Source: Candidatus Eiseniibacteriota bacterium
GTDB taxonomy: Bacteria > Eisenbacteria > RBG-16-71-46 > DASYSL01
Direction: 5' to 3'
NCBI GenBank assembly: GCA_046598045.1
Contig: JBKJJJ010000108.1
Span: 1 to 32,648, forward strand
DNA: 32,648 nucleotides
In this document: positions 17,445 through 25,899 of the stretch, piece by piece
How positions within the stretch are numbered: the stretch's first letter is position 1
Layout: every line of letters begins with the position of its first letter
The notes under the pieces: model-generated
The model's input: the letters and a program-made list of their open reading frames with translations, nothing else
What the model was told of the DNA's origin: nothing
Database searches by the model: none
Program-made: the position numbers and the translations under genes

Positions 17445-18077
17445 GTGAGCGAGCCCGACACGGTTGCCCGCAATCAACTCGTCCGGCGCGCCCTGCGCCT
17501 CGAGTACGCCACGATCGGCTGGAACCTCGCAGAGGGCGCCATCGCGATCGGCGCCGCCGCGGCTACGGGCAGCATTGCGCTCCTCGGATTCGGAATCGAC
17601 AGCTTCGTGGAGTCCGCGTCGGCGCTGGTGATCGTCTGGCGGCTTGGCGCGGAACGGCACGCGGTCGACCGGAGCGCCGTCGAGCGGCTCGATCGGCGCG
17701 CCCACCGACTCGTAGGGGCATCCCTCCTTGCGCTCGCGGGCTATGTTGTCATCGTGGCGGTGCTCACACTCCTGCATGGGGTCCGCCCCCGGCCCAGCCT
17801 GATCGGAATCGTCCTGCTGCTGGTTTCGATCGTGGTCATGATGTGGCTGGCAAGGGCGAAGCGAAGGGTGGCGAGAGCACTGGGAAGCCGGGCGATGGAG
17901 GCGGACTCGTTTCAGACGACGGCCTGTTGGTGGCTCTCGATCATCGGGCTCTGCGGCATCGGTCTCAATGCGATGCTGGGTTGGTGGTGGGCCGACCCTG
18001 TCGCGGCGCTCGGGATGTCGGTTCTGCTGGCACGCGAGGGACGTGCGGCATGGCGCGGAGAGAGCTGCTGCGATTGA
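17445..18077 (+). CDS. Short CDF-like cation transporter lacking the C-terminal domain
   Basis: WNLAEG, SIALLGFGIDSFVE, SRAMEAD, WWWADPVAA; about six TM segments; ends ESCCD. Confidence 0.85.
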   Translation: MSEPDTVARNQLVRRALRLEYATIGWNLAEGAIAIGAAAATGSIALLGFGIDSFVESASALVIVWRLGAERHAVDRSAVERLDRRAHRLVGASLLALAGYVVIVAVLTLLHGVRPRPSLIGIVLLLVSIVVMMWLARAKRRVARALGSRAMEADSFQTTACWWLSIIGLCGIGLNAMLGWWWADPVAALGMSVLLAREGRAAWRGESCCD

Positions 18078-18101
18078 AGTTTGACGCCACCTGGCCTAGT
18101 T

Positions 18102-19220
18102 CTACCGCCGAGCGGGGCCGGGTTCTCCGTGCCGATGCCGGTGGTGAGTGTCGTGGCTGTGGGGGTGGCCGTGGACGAGCGCCGGGTGCCAGTGCCTGTG
18201 TGCATGCGGCACAGTGACGAGATCACCCGGCGAATGCCCGTGTTCGTGATGCGCGTCATGCTCATGCGGGTGGTCGTGCTCGACTCTTTCGTGCATGTGC
18301 TCATGCCCGTGATGGTCCCCGGCGAGGAACAGCGCCCCGGCGGTCATCGTGACCAGGGCGAATACGCCCCATGGCTGGAGCGGCTCGCGCAGGATGGTCC
18401 ATGACAAGAGCGCAGCGAAGCCCGGCGCCAGGGCAAACAGCGTGCCGGTCTGCACGACACCGAGTCGCCGAAGTCCTCGGACGAAGAGCACGATGGAAAG
18501 TCCGAACGAAACTCCGCCGATCGCGACCGCGGCGACGACCAGCCCGGCCGTCCAGCCCCCGAGCTGTCCGGCAATCGCGGCGATCGCCAGGCTGACCGAA
18601 CCCCCGACCAGGCCCTTGATCCCGACAATGAGACGGGCGTCGTGGAGGCTCACACGCTGGGTGAGGTTGTTGTCGACGCCCCAGAGGGCGCACGCCAGGA
18701 TGACGAGGGCGACACCGGACCAGCGCGTCGGCTCCGCCTCGACGACGCCGGCGGGGATCGCCAGTGTAGCGGCTCCGGCGAGGATGGCGCCGGCTCCGAT
18801 CCAGCCCCGCCGACCGAGGACCTCGCCGGAGAGAAGAACGCCGAGTCCAATCGTCCAGACCGCCTCGAAGTTGAGCAGGAGCCCCGCGACATGCCCGCTG
18901 ACCAGCCGGAGCCCGAGGAAGAGGCAGAGCGGGGCGAGCACTCCGCCACCCAGGACCGCGCCGCCGAGCCAGAACCGCTCGGCGCGCTGCAGGGAGGGCG
19001 TCGCGGAGCTGGCCCGCGTCCTAGAGTACCGGTACAGCAGGGTGCACAGGACTCCCGCCGACAAGTAGAGGGTCCCCGAGAGCGCGAGGGGCGCGATGTC
19101 CGACAGCAGGAGCTTTGCGGCAGGCACGCTGGCGGCGAAGGCGAGCGCAGCGGCAACGACCTCCAATTGGCTGCGCCCGATGCCGTGGGCCCGGGCCGCA
19201 TCGGCGGTCGGCGCGCTCAT
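18102..19220 (-). CDS. DMT/EamA-family transporter with His-rich C-terminal tail
   Basis: About 10 hydrophobic segments, LLLNFE and WGVDNNLT motifs; 25 His in the last ~70 aa; ATGA overlap with the copA stop. Confidence 0.88.
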   Translation of the reverse strand: MSAPTADAARAHGIGRSQLEVVAAALAFAASVPAAKLLLSDIAPLALSGTLYLSAGVLCTLLYRYSRTRASSATPSLQRAERFWLGGAVLGGGVLAPLCLFLGLRLVSGHVAGLLLNFEAVWTIGLGVLLSGEVLGRRGWIGAGAILAGAATLAIPAGVVEAEPTRWSGVALVILACALWGVDNNLTQRVSLHDARLIVGIKGLVGGSVSLAIAAIAGQLGGWTAGLVVAAVAIGGVSFGLSIVLFVRGLRRLGVVQTGTLFALAPGFAALLSWTILREPLQPWGVFALVTMTAGALFLAGDHHGHEHMHERVEHDHPHEHDAHHEHGHSPGDLVTVPHAHRHWHPALVHGHPHSHDTHHRHRHGEPGPARR

Positions 19221-21691
19221 CCGAGCCGCTGCCGGCGCAGCCGCAACGCGTTGCCGATCACCGAGACCGAGCTGAAGCTCATCGCCGCCGCGGCGATCAT
19301 CGGGCTCAGGAGCAGGTGGACGACCGGGTAGAGCACGCCGGCCGCGATCGGCACGCCGACCGTGTTATAGACGAACGCGAAGAACAGATTCTGCTTGATG
19401 TTGCTCATCGTTGCCCGGCTGAGCTGCCGCGCGCGCACGATGCCCCGCAGGTCGCCCTGGACGAGCGTCACGCCCGCGCTCTCCATCGCGACGTCGGTGC
19501 CGGTGCCCATCGCGATGCCGACTTGCGCCTGCGCCAACGCCGGTGCATCGTTGATGCCGTCGCCCGCCATCGCGACGATGCGGCCCTCGGATTGCAGCTT
19601 CTTGACCGCGTCGACCTTCTCGCCGGGCAACACGCCGGCATGGACCTCGTCGATGCCGAGCGTGCGCGCGACCGCCTCGGCGGTGGTCCGGCTATCGCCC
19701 GTGATCATGACCAGGCGCAGGCCCTCGGCGTGCAACTGCCGGATCGCCTCGGGCGTGGTGGTCTTGATCGGGTCGGCCACGCCGAGCAGCGCGACCACGG
19801 CGCGATCGACCACCACGAACATCGCGGTCTGGCCCTCCGCGCGCAGCGCCTCGGCCTGCTGCGCGAGCGCGCCCGGGTCCACGCCGAGGTCCAGGAGCAG
19901 CGCCGCGTTGCCGAGCGCGACCGCGCGGCCTTCGACCGTGCCGCGCACGCCCTTGCCGGTGACCGACGCGAAGTCGGTCGCGGCGGACGGTGCAAGCTTG
20001 CGTTCCGCCGCGCCCGCGACGATCGCGGCGGCGAGCGGGTGCTCGCTGCCCTTCTCGAGGCTCGCCGCGAGGCGAAGGGCGTCGGCCTCGGTCCATCCGG
20101 GCGCGGCGACGACGCGCACGAGCTTCGGCTTGCCCTCGGTCAGTGTGCCGGTCTTGTCGATCACCAGAGTATCGACCGAGCGCAGCGTCTCGAGCGCCTC
20201 GGCGTTCTTGAACAGCACGCCCATGGTCGCGCCCCGGCCCACGCCGACCATGACCGACATCGGCGTCGCCAACCCGAGCGCGCACGGGCACGCGATGATC
20301 AGCACCGACACCGCGTTGATGATCGCGTACGCCATGCGCGGCTCGGGACCGACCAGGGCCCACGCTACGAAGGTGATCACCGCGATCAGAACGACTGCCG
20401 GCACGAAGTATCCGGCCACGCGGTCGACCAGGCGCTGGATCGGCGCGCGGCTGCGCTGCGCGGAGGCGACCATCTGGACGATGCGCGCGAGCAGCGTATC
20501 GGCGCCGACCTTCTCGGCCTGCATGATGAGCGACCCGGTGCCGTTGACGGTCGCGCCCACGAGCTTGCTGCCCGGCTCCTTCTCGGCGGGGATCGGCTCG
20601 CCGGTGACGAGCGCCTCGTCGACCGCGCTCCTGCCCTCGAGCACGACGCCGTCGACCGGAACCTTCTCGCCGGGGCGCACGCGCAGCCGATCGCCGACCT
20701 GCACCTGCTCGAGGGGCACGTCGATCTCGGCCCCGTCTGCGCCGATGCGGCGTGCCGTGGTCGGCGCGAGGCCGAGCAGCGCCTTGATCGCGGCGCCGGT
20801 GCGGCTGCGTGCGCGCAGCTCGAGGACCTGCCCGAGCAGCACGAGCGTGACGATCACCGCGGCCGACTCGAAGTACGTGCTGACGCGCCCCGAGGCCTCG
20901 CGGAACGACGCGGGGAAAATGCCGGGCGCGAAAACGGCGACGAGGCTGTAAGCAGTCGCGACGCCGACGCCGAGCGCGATCAGCGTGAACATGTTCGGGC
21001 TCTTGTGGCGGATCGAGTCCCAGCCGCGCACGAAGAACGGCCACCCGCCCCACAGCACGACCGGCAGCGCCAGCGCGAGCTCGATCCAGCCCATCGCGGT
21101 CATCGGGATCCAGCGGTGCATCTGGAGCGCGGGCACCATCGCGCCGACGGTCGCCAGCAGCAGCAGGGCGGTGAGCGCGGTCGACACCTGGAAGCGCCGC
21201 GTCATGTCGACCAGCTCCGGGTTCTCCGGATCCGCGAGCGTGACCGTGCGCGGCTCGAGCGCCATGCCGCAGATGGGGCACGAGCCCGGCGCGTCGCGCA
21301 CGATCTGGGGGTGCATCGGGCAGGTCCACTCGGTCTTGCGCAAGGGCGCGGCGACCGCGACGGGCTCGAGCGCCATGCCGCACTTGGGGCACGCGCCGGG
21401 TCCCAGCTTGAGAACCTCGGGATCCATCGGGCAGGTGTGCTCGACTCCGTGCGCGTGCGCCGAAGGCAGCGGGGGAGCGCTCGCCTTCGCCGCTTGCTTC
21501 GCGAGGAAGCCCTCGGGGTCGGCCTGGAACTTCGCGAGGCAGCTCTTGGCGCAAAAATAGTACGTCGTGCCCTGGTACTCCCACGAGCCGGCGGCGCGCG
21601 AGGGCACGACCGTCATGCCGCACACCGGGTCCTTGAATCCGGGCTCGGCCGAGGGTGCCTCGGGTGCCGCCGTCAGCTGGATCGTCCTCAT
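19217..21691 (-). CDS. copA: Cu(I)/Ag(I)-translocating P1B-1 ATPase with N-terminal YHS and two HMBD domains
   Basis: [14 protein letters not shown] (YHS); [16 protein letters not shown] and [46 protein letters not shown]. Confidence 0.93.
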   Translation of the reverse strand: MRTIQLTAAPEAPSAEPGFKDPVCGMTVVPSRAAGSWEYQGTTYYFCAKSCLAKFQADPEGFLAKQAAKASAPPLPSAHAHGVEHTCPMDPEVLKLGPGACPKCGMALEPVAVAAPLRKTEWTCPMHPQIVRDAPGSCPICGMALEPRTVTLADPENPELVDMTRRFQVSTALTALLLLATVGAMVPALQMHRWIPMTAMGWIELALALPVVLWGGWPFFVRGWDSIRHKSPNMFTLIALGVGVATAYSLVAVFAPGIFPASFREASGRVSTYFESAAVIVTLVLLGQVLELRARSRTGAAIKALLGLAPTTARRIGADGAEIDVPLEQVQVGDRLRVRPGEKVPVDGVVLEGRSAVDEALVTGEPIPAEKEPGSKLVGATVNGTGSLIMQAEKVGADTLLARIVQMVASAQRSRAPIQRLVDRVAGYFVPAVVLIAVITFVAWALVGPEPRMAYAIINAVSVLIIACPCALGLATPMSVMVGVGRGATMGVLFKNAEALETLRSVDTLVIDKTGTLTEGKPKLVRVVAAPGWTEADALRLAASLEKGSEHPLAAAIVAGAAERKLAPSAATDFASVTGKGVRGTVEGRAVALGNAALLLDLGVDPGALAQQAEALRAEGQTAMFVVVDRAVVALLGVADPIKTTTPEAIRQLHAEGLRLVMITGDSRTTAEAVARTLGIDEVHAGVLPGEKVDAVKKLQSEGRIVAMAGDGINDAPALAQAQVGIAMGTGTDVAMESAGVTLVQGDLRGIVRARQLSRATMSNIKQNLFFAFVYNTVGVPIAAGVLYPVVHLLLSPMIAAAAMSFSSVSVIGNALRLRRQRLG

Positions 21692-21739
21692 GAAGCCCCT
21701 CCCGTTTGCGTGGTCCGCCGCCCAGGCTACCGCCGACGG

Positions 21740-22162
21740 CTACTTTGCGAGCGCCGCGCTCTCGATGGCGAGCACGACGTCCTTACCCATGCCGTAGACC
21801 GTGCCTTTGACGGAGACTCGCTTTCCGATGACGCCCAGCACGGGCTGATTCGGATTCTTGCCGTGGCCGAGTGCGATCAGGGAATAGACGCGCCCGGACT
21901 TCTCCTCGAGAAACGCGAGCGTCTGGCCACCCTTCGCGCACATGAGCGCACAGGCAGCGTGCTCGGGGCCGCGGCTCGCGTGGGAGAAGTAGCACTGGGG
22001 ATCGATGATCTCGCCGAGCATGATCGCCTTGACCGGGGGAGGGGAGACCACGGTCGGGCCCTTGACGGACGGCGCCGTGGACGAACCGTGGGTCCACGCA
22101 ATACTGGCGCTGGTGACGAGCGCGAGGGCGGCAATCAAGCCGATCGAACGAAGGAAACGCAT
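21740..22162 (-). CDS. Exported conserved hypothetical protein with Cys/His motif
   Basis: AGGAG RBS; signal peptide; GEIIDPQCY..HAACALMCAKGG; in operon directly upstream of copA. Confidence 0.8.
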   Translation of the reverse strand: MRFLRSIGLIAALALVTSASIAWTHGSSTAPSVKGPTVVSPPPVKAIMLGEIIDPQCYFSHASRGPEHAACALMCAKGGQTLAFLEEKSGRVYSLIALGHGKNPNQPVLGVIGKRVSVKGTVYGMGKDVVLAIESAALAK

Positions 22163-22209
22163 GAACTTGCTCCTGGAGATGGGGTGGATGAACCGACGAA
22201 TCCCGGGTG

Positions 22210-23100
22210 CTATTCCACACTCACGACGAAGGGCGCGGTCATGATCAGGCCGCCACGCTGGAATTGCGCCCAGACCTTGTAAGGCCCCGGGGCGGGAAAG
22301 GTGACGTGGAAGGCGACCTGGCCCGGTTTCCCGGCACCCATCTCCATTGGATGCACGTGGAGCAGTTCTTGCGCGTCGGTCGAGAGGATGACCGCGTGGC
22401 CCATCGCTCCCAGGTAGGGCTGGAGGTCGGGCACGGGCCGGCCGGCGGCATCGCGCACCTCGAAGTGGAGCATCGCCTCCGCGCCCGCCTTGAGCTTGCC
22501 GGGCATCGGCATCAGGGCGACCGCATACTTCGGGCCACGCGCCGCATCCGGCCGGCCCTCGGGCGCGGCCTGCACCTGGTGCACGATCCAGCCCTGCGCG
22601 TCGGCCGCATCGATCACGGGGAGAATGCTGGTCGCCACCGGACCGTCGCCCCCCGTGACGAGGTTCGCTCGCGCGACCGTGCGCGTGCCGCCCTGCGGAA
22701 CGTAGTCGGCGTAAACGTAGTACGCGCCCGGGTTCGGGAGGACCGTCGTCACCGACAGGCTCTCGGGCTCCCCCGTCGGGTGGAGATGATTGAACCAGGA
22801 GAGATCCGCCGAGATGACATAGAGGTGGACGGTTTTCTCATGCTCCACCGTGAGTGCAGTCAGCGGCGCGCCGCTCGCCGGATCCAGCAGGCGCAAGGTC
22901 AGTCGCACCGGTTTGCCCACGGGGACGATGCCCGGGCTGGTCGCCACTTCCATTCGGCCCACCATCGGACTCGCGGCCGCGACGGGCGCAGCGTCGGGCG
23001 TGGCGGCCGGGTGGGTGTCCGGGGGTGCGGCCTTCTGCGCACACGCGCCGAGCGAAAGCGCGGAGACCACGGCGAGCGCGGAAACGAAGGGCATCTTCAT
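22210..23100 (-). CDS. Putative metal-binding lipoprotein with two Ig-like repeats
   Basis: ATG 23100 overlaps the upstream stop; lipobox LGAC; HEKTVHL..FNHLHP and PYLGAMGH..LHVHPM; PNPGAYYVY / PAPGPYKVWAQF repeats. Confidence 0.82.
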   Translation of the reverse strand: MKMPFVSALAVVSALSLGACAQKAAPPDTHPAATPDAAPVAAASPMVGRMEVATSPGIVPVGKPVRLTLRLLDPASGAPLTALTVEHEKTVHLYVISADLSWFNHLHPTGEPESLSVTTVLPNPGAYYVYADYVPQGGTRTVARANLVTGGDGPVATSILPVIDAADAQGWIVHQVQAAPEGRPDAARGPKYAVALMPMPGKLKAGAEAMLHFEVRDAAGRPVPDLQPYLGAMGHAVILSTDAQELLHVHPMEMGAGKPGQVAFHVTFPAPGPYKVWAQFQRGGLIMTAPFVVSVE

Positions 23101-24359
23101 AGCTGGTACCTCGCGAGCTTGATGCGGGATGGGGATCCGGCTTCGGTCCAGGCGGCCAGGATCGTCGAACCGATACGCAGTAGTCGAGGGAAGCCGCTGG
23201 CTCTGCGGGAAGACGTGGTCGCGATCGTCCAGATCGGCCCCGCGACACCTGCCGTCGAGATGGTGCGATGCTGGATGCGCGCCGTCTTCTCTCCGGCCTC
23301 GAGCCAGCTCACGAGGGCGCCGCCGTCTGGAAGCAGGGCGACATCCACTCGTCCCAGCGGCTGGCCCTGGTCGATGTGCGCGGGAGTGCCAAAGCTCTTT
23401 CCTCCATCGGGGGAGAGCGCGACAAAGACGGAGGCCGACTCGTGCGCGGCCGTATACCAGGCAAGTGCGAGTCGATCCCCGTCGGCGTCGAGCGACGGGC
23501 CGTTGACCGGGCAGCCCGGGATGATCCAGCCATCGCTGTGGGGCACGCTTGGTTCGGTCCAGGCCGCACCAACCTGCCGCACCAGTGCGATGTCGCGCAG
23601 CTCGTTCGCGGCGCGATCCCGGTAGGCGATCACGGTTCCACCGCGCGTTCGGGTTGCCGCGGTCGCGCAGCAGTCGCACGTGCGATCATCGAGTTCCCGC
23701 TCGTCCGAAAGCGTTCCGGAGGGATCGATGAGGGCCGTGCGCAGGGTCATCTCCGCGCCGGGGCTGCCTTCCTCCTTGCCGGCCATCTTGCGCCCGTCCA
23801 ACCAGACGGCGCGTGCGGCTGCTCCTTCGGGAAGGAGCGAAACGAAACCATGCTCGGTCTGTGTCGCATCCCGGTGCGGAGTCGTCGGGGGCGACCAGTG
23901 CAAGCCGCCATCGCGCGAGAAGCTCACCCGAACCTCGTAGGCGTATGTATCCGCGCCCGTCCGCCACATCCAGAACGCCGCCAGTTCGCCGGTGGCGAGC
24001 GCGATCACCCCCGGGTAATCCGCCCAGTTGACGAAGAACGAATCCCCCTCGGCGATGGTGCGGGGAGTCGTCCAATGGCGACCCTCGAGCGCGGCGAAGC
24101 GCAAGCGATGGCCGCCCTGCGGGCGCGCCTCGATCCAGCTCAACAGCGGGCGGCCTCCCGGACCGTGGGCCAGGCGTGGCCCAACGGCGCCGGTGTCTGC
24201 GGGCGAGGCCATGCGCTCGATGCGAGGTCCCCGCGCGCCTTTCGCCGTGGCGGATGGGGCGGGAGCGACGAGACCAAGAACCGCCAGCAGGCCGCAAGTT
24301 CCGACCACGGGGCCGAAGCGCCACCCGAAGTTCCCCCCGAGCCGGTGCATGAGGCTCAT
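23097..24359 (-). CDS. Exported BNR/Asp-box beta-propeller protein with CDCC and GCPVNGP motifs
   Basis: ATG 24359 overlaps the cupredoxin stop (ATGA); signal peptide; FVNWADYP, SRDGGLHW, EHGFVS, TCDCC, GCPVNGP, SPDGGKSF. Confidence 0.85.
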   Translation of the reverse strand: MSLMHRLGGNFGWRFGPVVGTCGLLAVLGLVAPAPSATAKGARGPRIERMASPADTGAVGPRLAHGPGGRPLLSWIEARPQGGHRLRFAALEGRHWTTPRTIAEGDSFFVNWADYPGVIALATGELAAFWMWRTGADTYAYEVRVSFSRDGGLHWSPPTTPHRDATQTEHGFVSLLPEGAAARAVWLDGRKMAGKEEGSPGAEMTLRTALIDPSGTLSDERELDDRTCDCCATAATRTRGGTVIAYRDRAANELRDIALVRQVGAAWTEPSVPHSDGWIIPGCPVNGPSLDADGDRLALAWYTAAHESASVFVALSPDGGKSFGTPAHIDQGQPLGRVDVALLPDGGALVSWLEAGEKTARIQHRTISTAGVAGPIWTIATTSSRRASGFPRLLRIGSTILAAWTEAGSPSRIKLARYQL

Positions 24360-24742
24360 CGGACGACCACCACGCCGCGATACATGCCCATCCCGCAGGC
24401 GAACTCGATCCGGCCCCGCTTCCGGGCAGGGAGTTCCACGCGGACGGGTTCGTTCAGCGGAAGCTCGACCCGCTTTCCGAGTTTGGGAAAGACCGCCTCG
24501 GTCGCGCACGTCTGATCGGTGATGCGGGTCATCACGAGAACCACCGGCCGGCCGGGCCGGATCCGGATGGAGGCTGGAACGAATCCTGTTTCGGTGATCT
24601 GGATCGCGATCTCCTTCGGCCTGGCGTGCGAGTCCTTGGCGAACGCGTGGGGGGCCGAGGCGAGAATCGCAACGACGGCAAGAGCCACCATGACCAGTCT
24701 TGAGGGCCGGCAGCGGTGCGTGATCGCAAGTCCGTGCAACAT
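24356..24742 (-). CDS. Cupredoxin-domain protein, CupA-like copper chaperone
   Basis: AGGAG RBS; signal segment; GFVPASI, TC, IEFACGMGMYRG. Confidence 0.87.
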   Translation of the reverse strand: MLHGLAITHRCRPSRLVMVALAVVAILASAPHAFAKDSHARPKEIAIQITETGFVPASIRIRPGRPVVLVMTRITDQTCATEAVFPKLGKRVELPLNEPVRVELPARKRGRIEFACGMGMYRGVVVVR

Positions 24743-24877
24743 TCGGGATCTCCTCTCTGCCTGCTGGCAGTCGTGCTCTTGATTGCGGGCGTGTCCCCGT
24801 ATGGGTTCCTGGCGTATCCGTGCGCGACAGGGCAGGGCGACGACTTGTCATGATACCGTCGCCGCCCCGCGATGCCT

Positions 24878-25240
24878 TCAGGCAGTCATCTGAGACATGC
24901 GCTGGCAGCTCTCGGCGCAGCGCCGACAGATCTCCGCGCACTGACGCATCATTTCGTCGTCCGCGAAGCGCTCACAATCGACGGCACAGGAAGTGCAGAT
25001 CGTGGCGCACAGGCCGCAGACGTGGGGCTGGTGGCTGGATCCCCGCAGCATGGAACTGATGCTCGTGCGACACATTTCCGCGCAGTCGAGGAGCAGCTGA
25101 ATGTGGCTGTTCTCGGCATGCTTGCCGCCCAGTTCGAGGCAGTGTGCCACCGCTGCCAGGCAGATCTGCTCGCATTCGGTACAGGCATCGATGCACTTCT
25201 GCATCGCGTCACTCATCTTGTGCCCGCTGATCTGAGTCAT
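24878..25240 (-). CDS. Four-helix-bundle copper storage protein (Csp3/DUF326), cytosolic
   Basis: 120 aa with 16 Cys in CxxxC/CxxC repeats (CIDACTECEQIC, CGLCATICTSCAVDC, CAEICRRCAESC); no signal peptide. Confidence 0.92.
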   Translation of the reverse strand: MTQISGHKMSDAMQKCIDACTECEQICLAAVAHCLELGGKHAENSHIQLLLDCAEMCRTSISSMLRGSSHQPHVCGLCATICTSCAVDCERFADDEMMRQCAEICRRCAESCQRMSQMTA

Positions 25241-25267
25241 GGCGTGATCTCCATTTCCGTTCGACGA

Positions 25268-25882
25268 TTACTTACGGCCGGGTGGACACTTCTGATACCA
25301 CTCGCAAAGCCACGTCTGCATTTGCTCGACCTCCTTGGTCTGGGTGGACACGATGGCGAGGCACATCGCCTTGAGCTCCGGATGCTTGGCCCGGGACTGG
25401 CATTCCCTGGCCATCCGCACTGCCATCCGATGGTGCTGCTTCATGCCCTGCAGGAAGGCGATCTCGTACTCGCGGCCCTTCATGCCCGACATCGAAGCAC
25501 CCATGCCCTTCATGCTCGACATCGAGGAGCCCATGCCTTTCATGGCCATGGGTTTGCCGATGTAGTCGATCTTGTACCAACTCTGCAGCCAGCCCTTCAT
25601 CGTGGTGATCTCTGCGGTCTGGCCGCTGGCGATCCCCTGGCAGAGGTCCTTCAGTTCCTGGTGGGTTGCGCTCGTGCCACACTCCTTGCCCATCTCGACC
25701 GCCATCATGTGATGGTCGATCATCTGCTCGAGAAAGCGCACCTCATACGGCTTGTTGCCGGTCTTCTCGGAATGATGTGTGCTCCCGTGGGCGCCCACCT
25801 GCGGCGGCGCCAGCACGACGAGACTCAGGACCACGATCGAGGGAAGAAACTTCCACGGTTCGCTTTGCCTGTACGTTTTCAT
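25268..25882 (-). CDS. DUF305 / CopM-like periplasmic copper-binding protein
   Basis: Signal peptide; two repeats FLEQMIDHHMMAVEM..QTAEITTMKGWL and FLQGMKQHHRMAVRM..QTKEVEQMQTWL; Met-rich linker. Confidence 0.9.
   Translation of the reverse strand: MKTYRQSEPWKFLPSIVVLSLVVLAPPQVGAHGSTHHSEKTGNKPYEVRFLEQMIDHHMMAVEMGKECGTSATHQELKDLCQGIASGQTAEITTMKGWLQSWYKIDYIGKPMAMKGMGSSMSSMKGMGASMSGMKGREYEIAFLQGMKQHHRMAVRMARECQSRAKHPELKAMCLAIVSTQTKEVEQMQTWLCEWYQKCPPGRK
25475..25549. repeat. 30-nt tandem repeat (2.5 copies) encoding the Met-rich linker
   Basis: gcccttcatgcccgacatcgaagcacccat / gcccttcatgctcgacatcgaggagcccat / gcctttcatggccat, encoding MAMKGMGSSMSSMKGMGASMSGMKG on the minus strand. Confidence 0.75.
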
Positions 25883-25899
25883 GGTGTGGACCTTCCTGT

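Noticed and set aside
18081..18404. Val/Met-rich plus-strand ORF
   Set aside because: It is the antisense reading of the His-codon tail of the EamA gene.
24790..24810. ACCCATACGGGGAC (minus strand) as a CsoR-like operator upstream of the cupredoxin gene
   Set aside because: It lacks the flanking TAC/GTA symmetry and no csoR gene is in the window; too weak.
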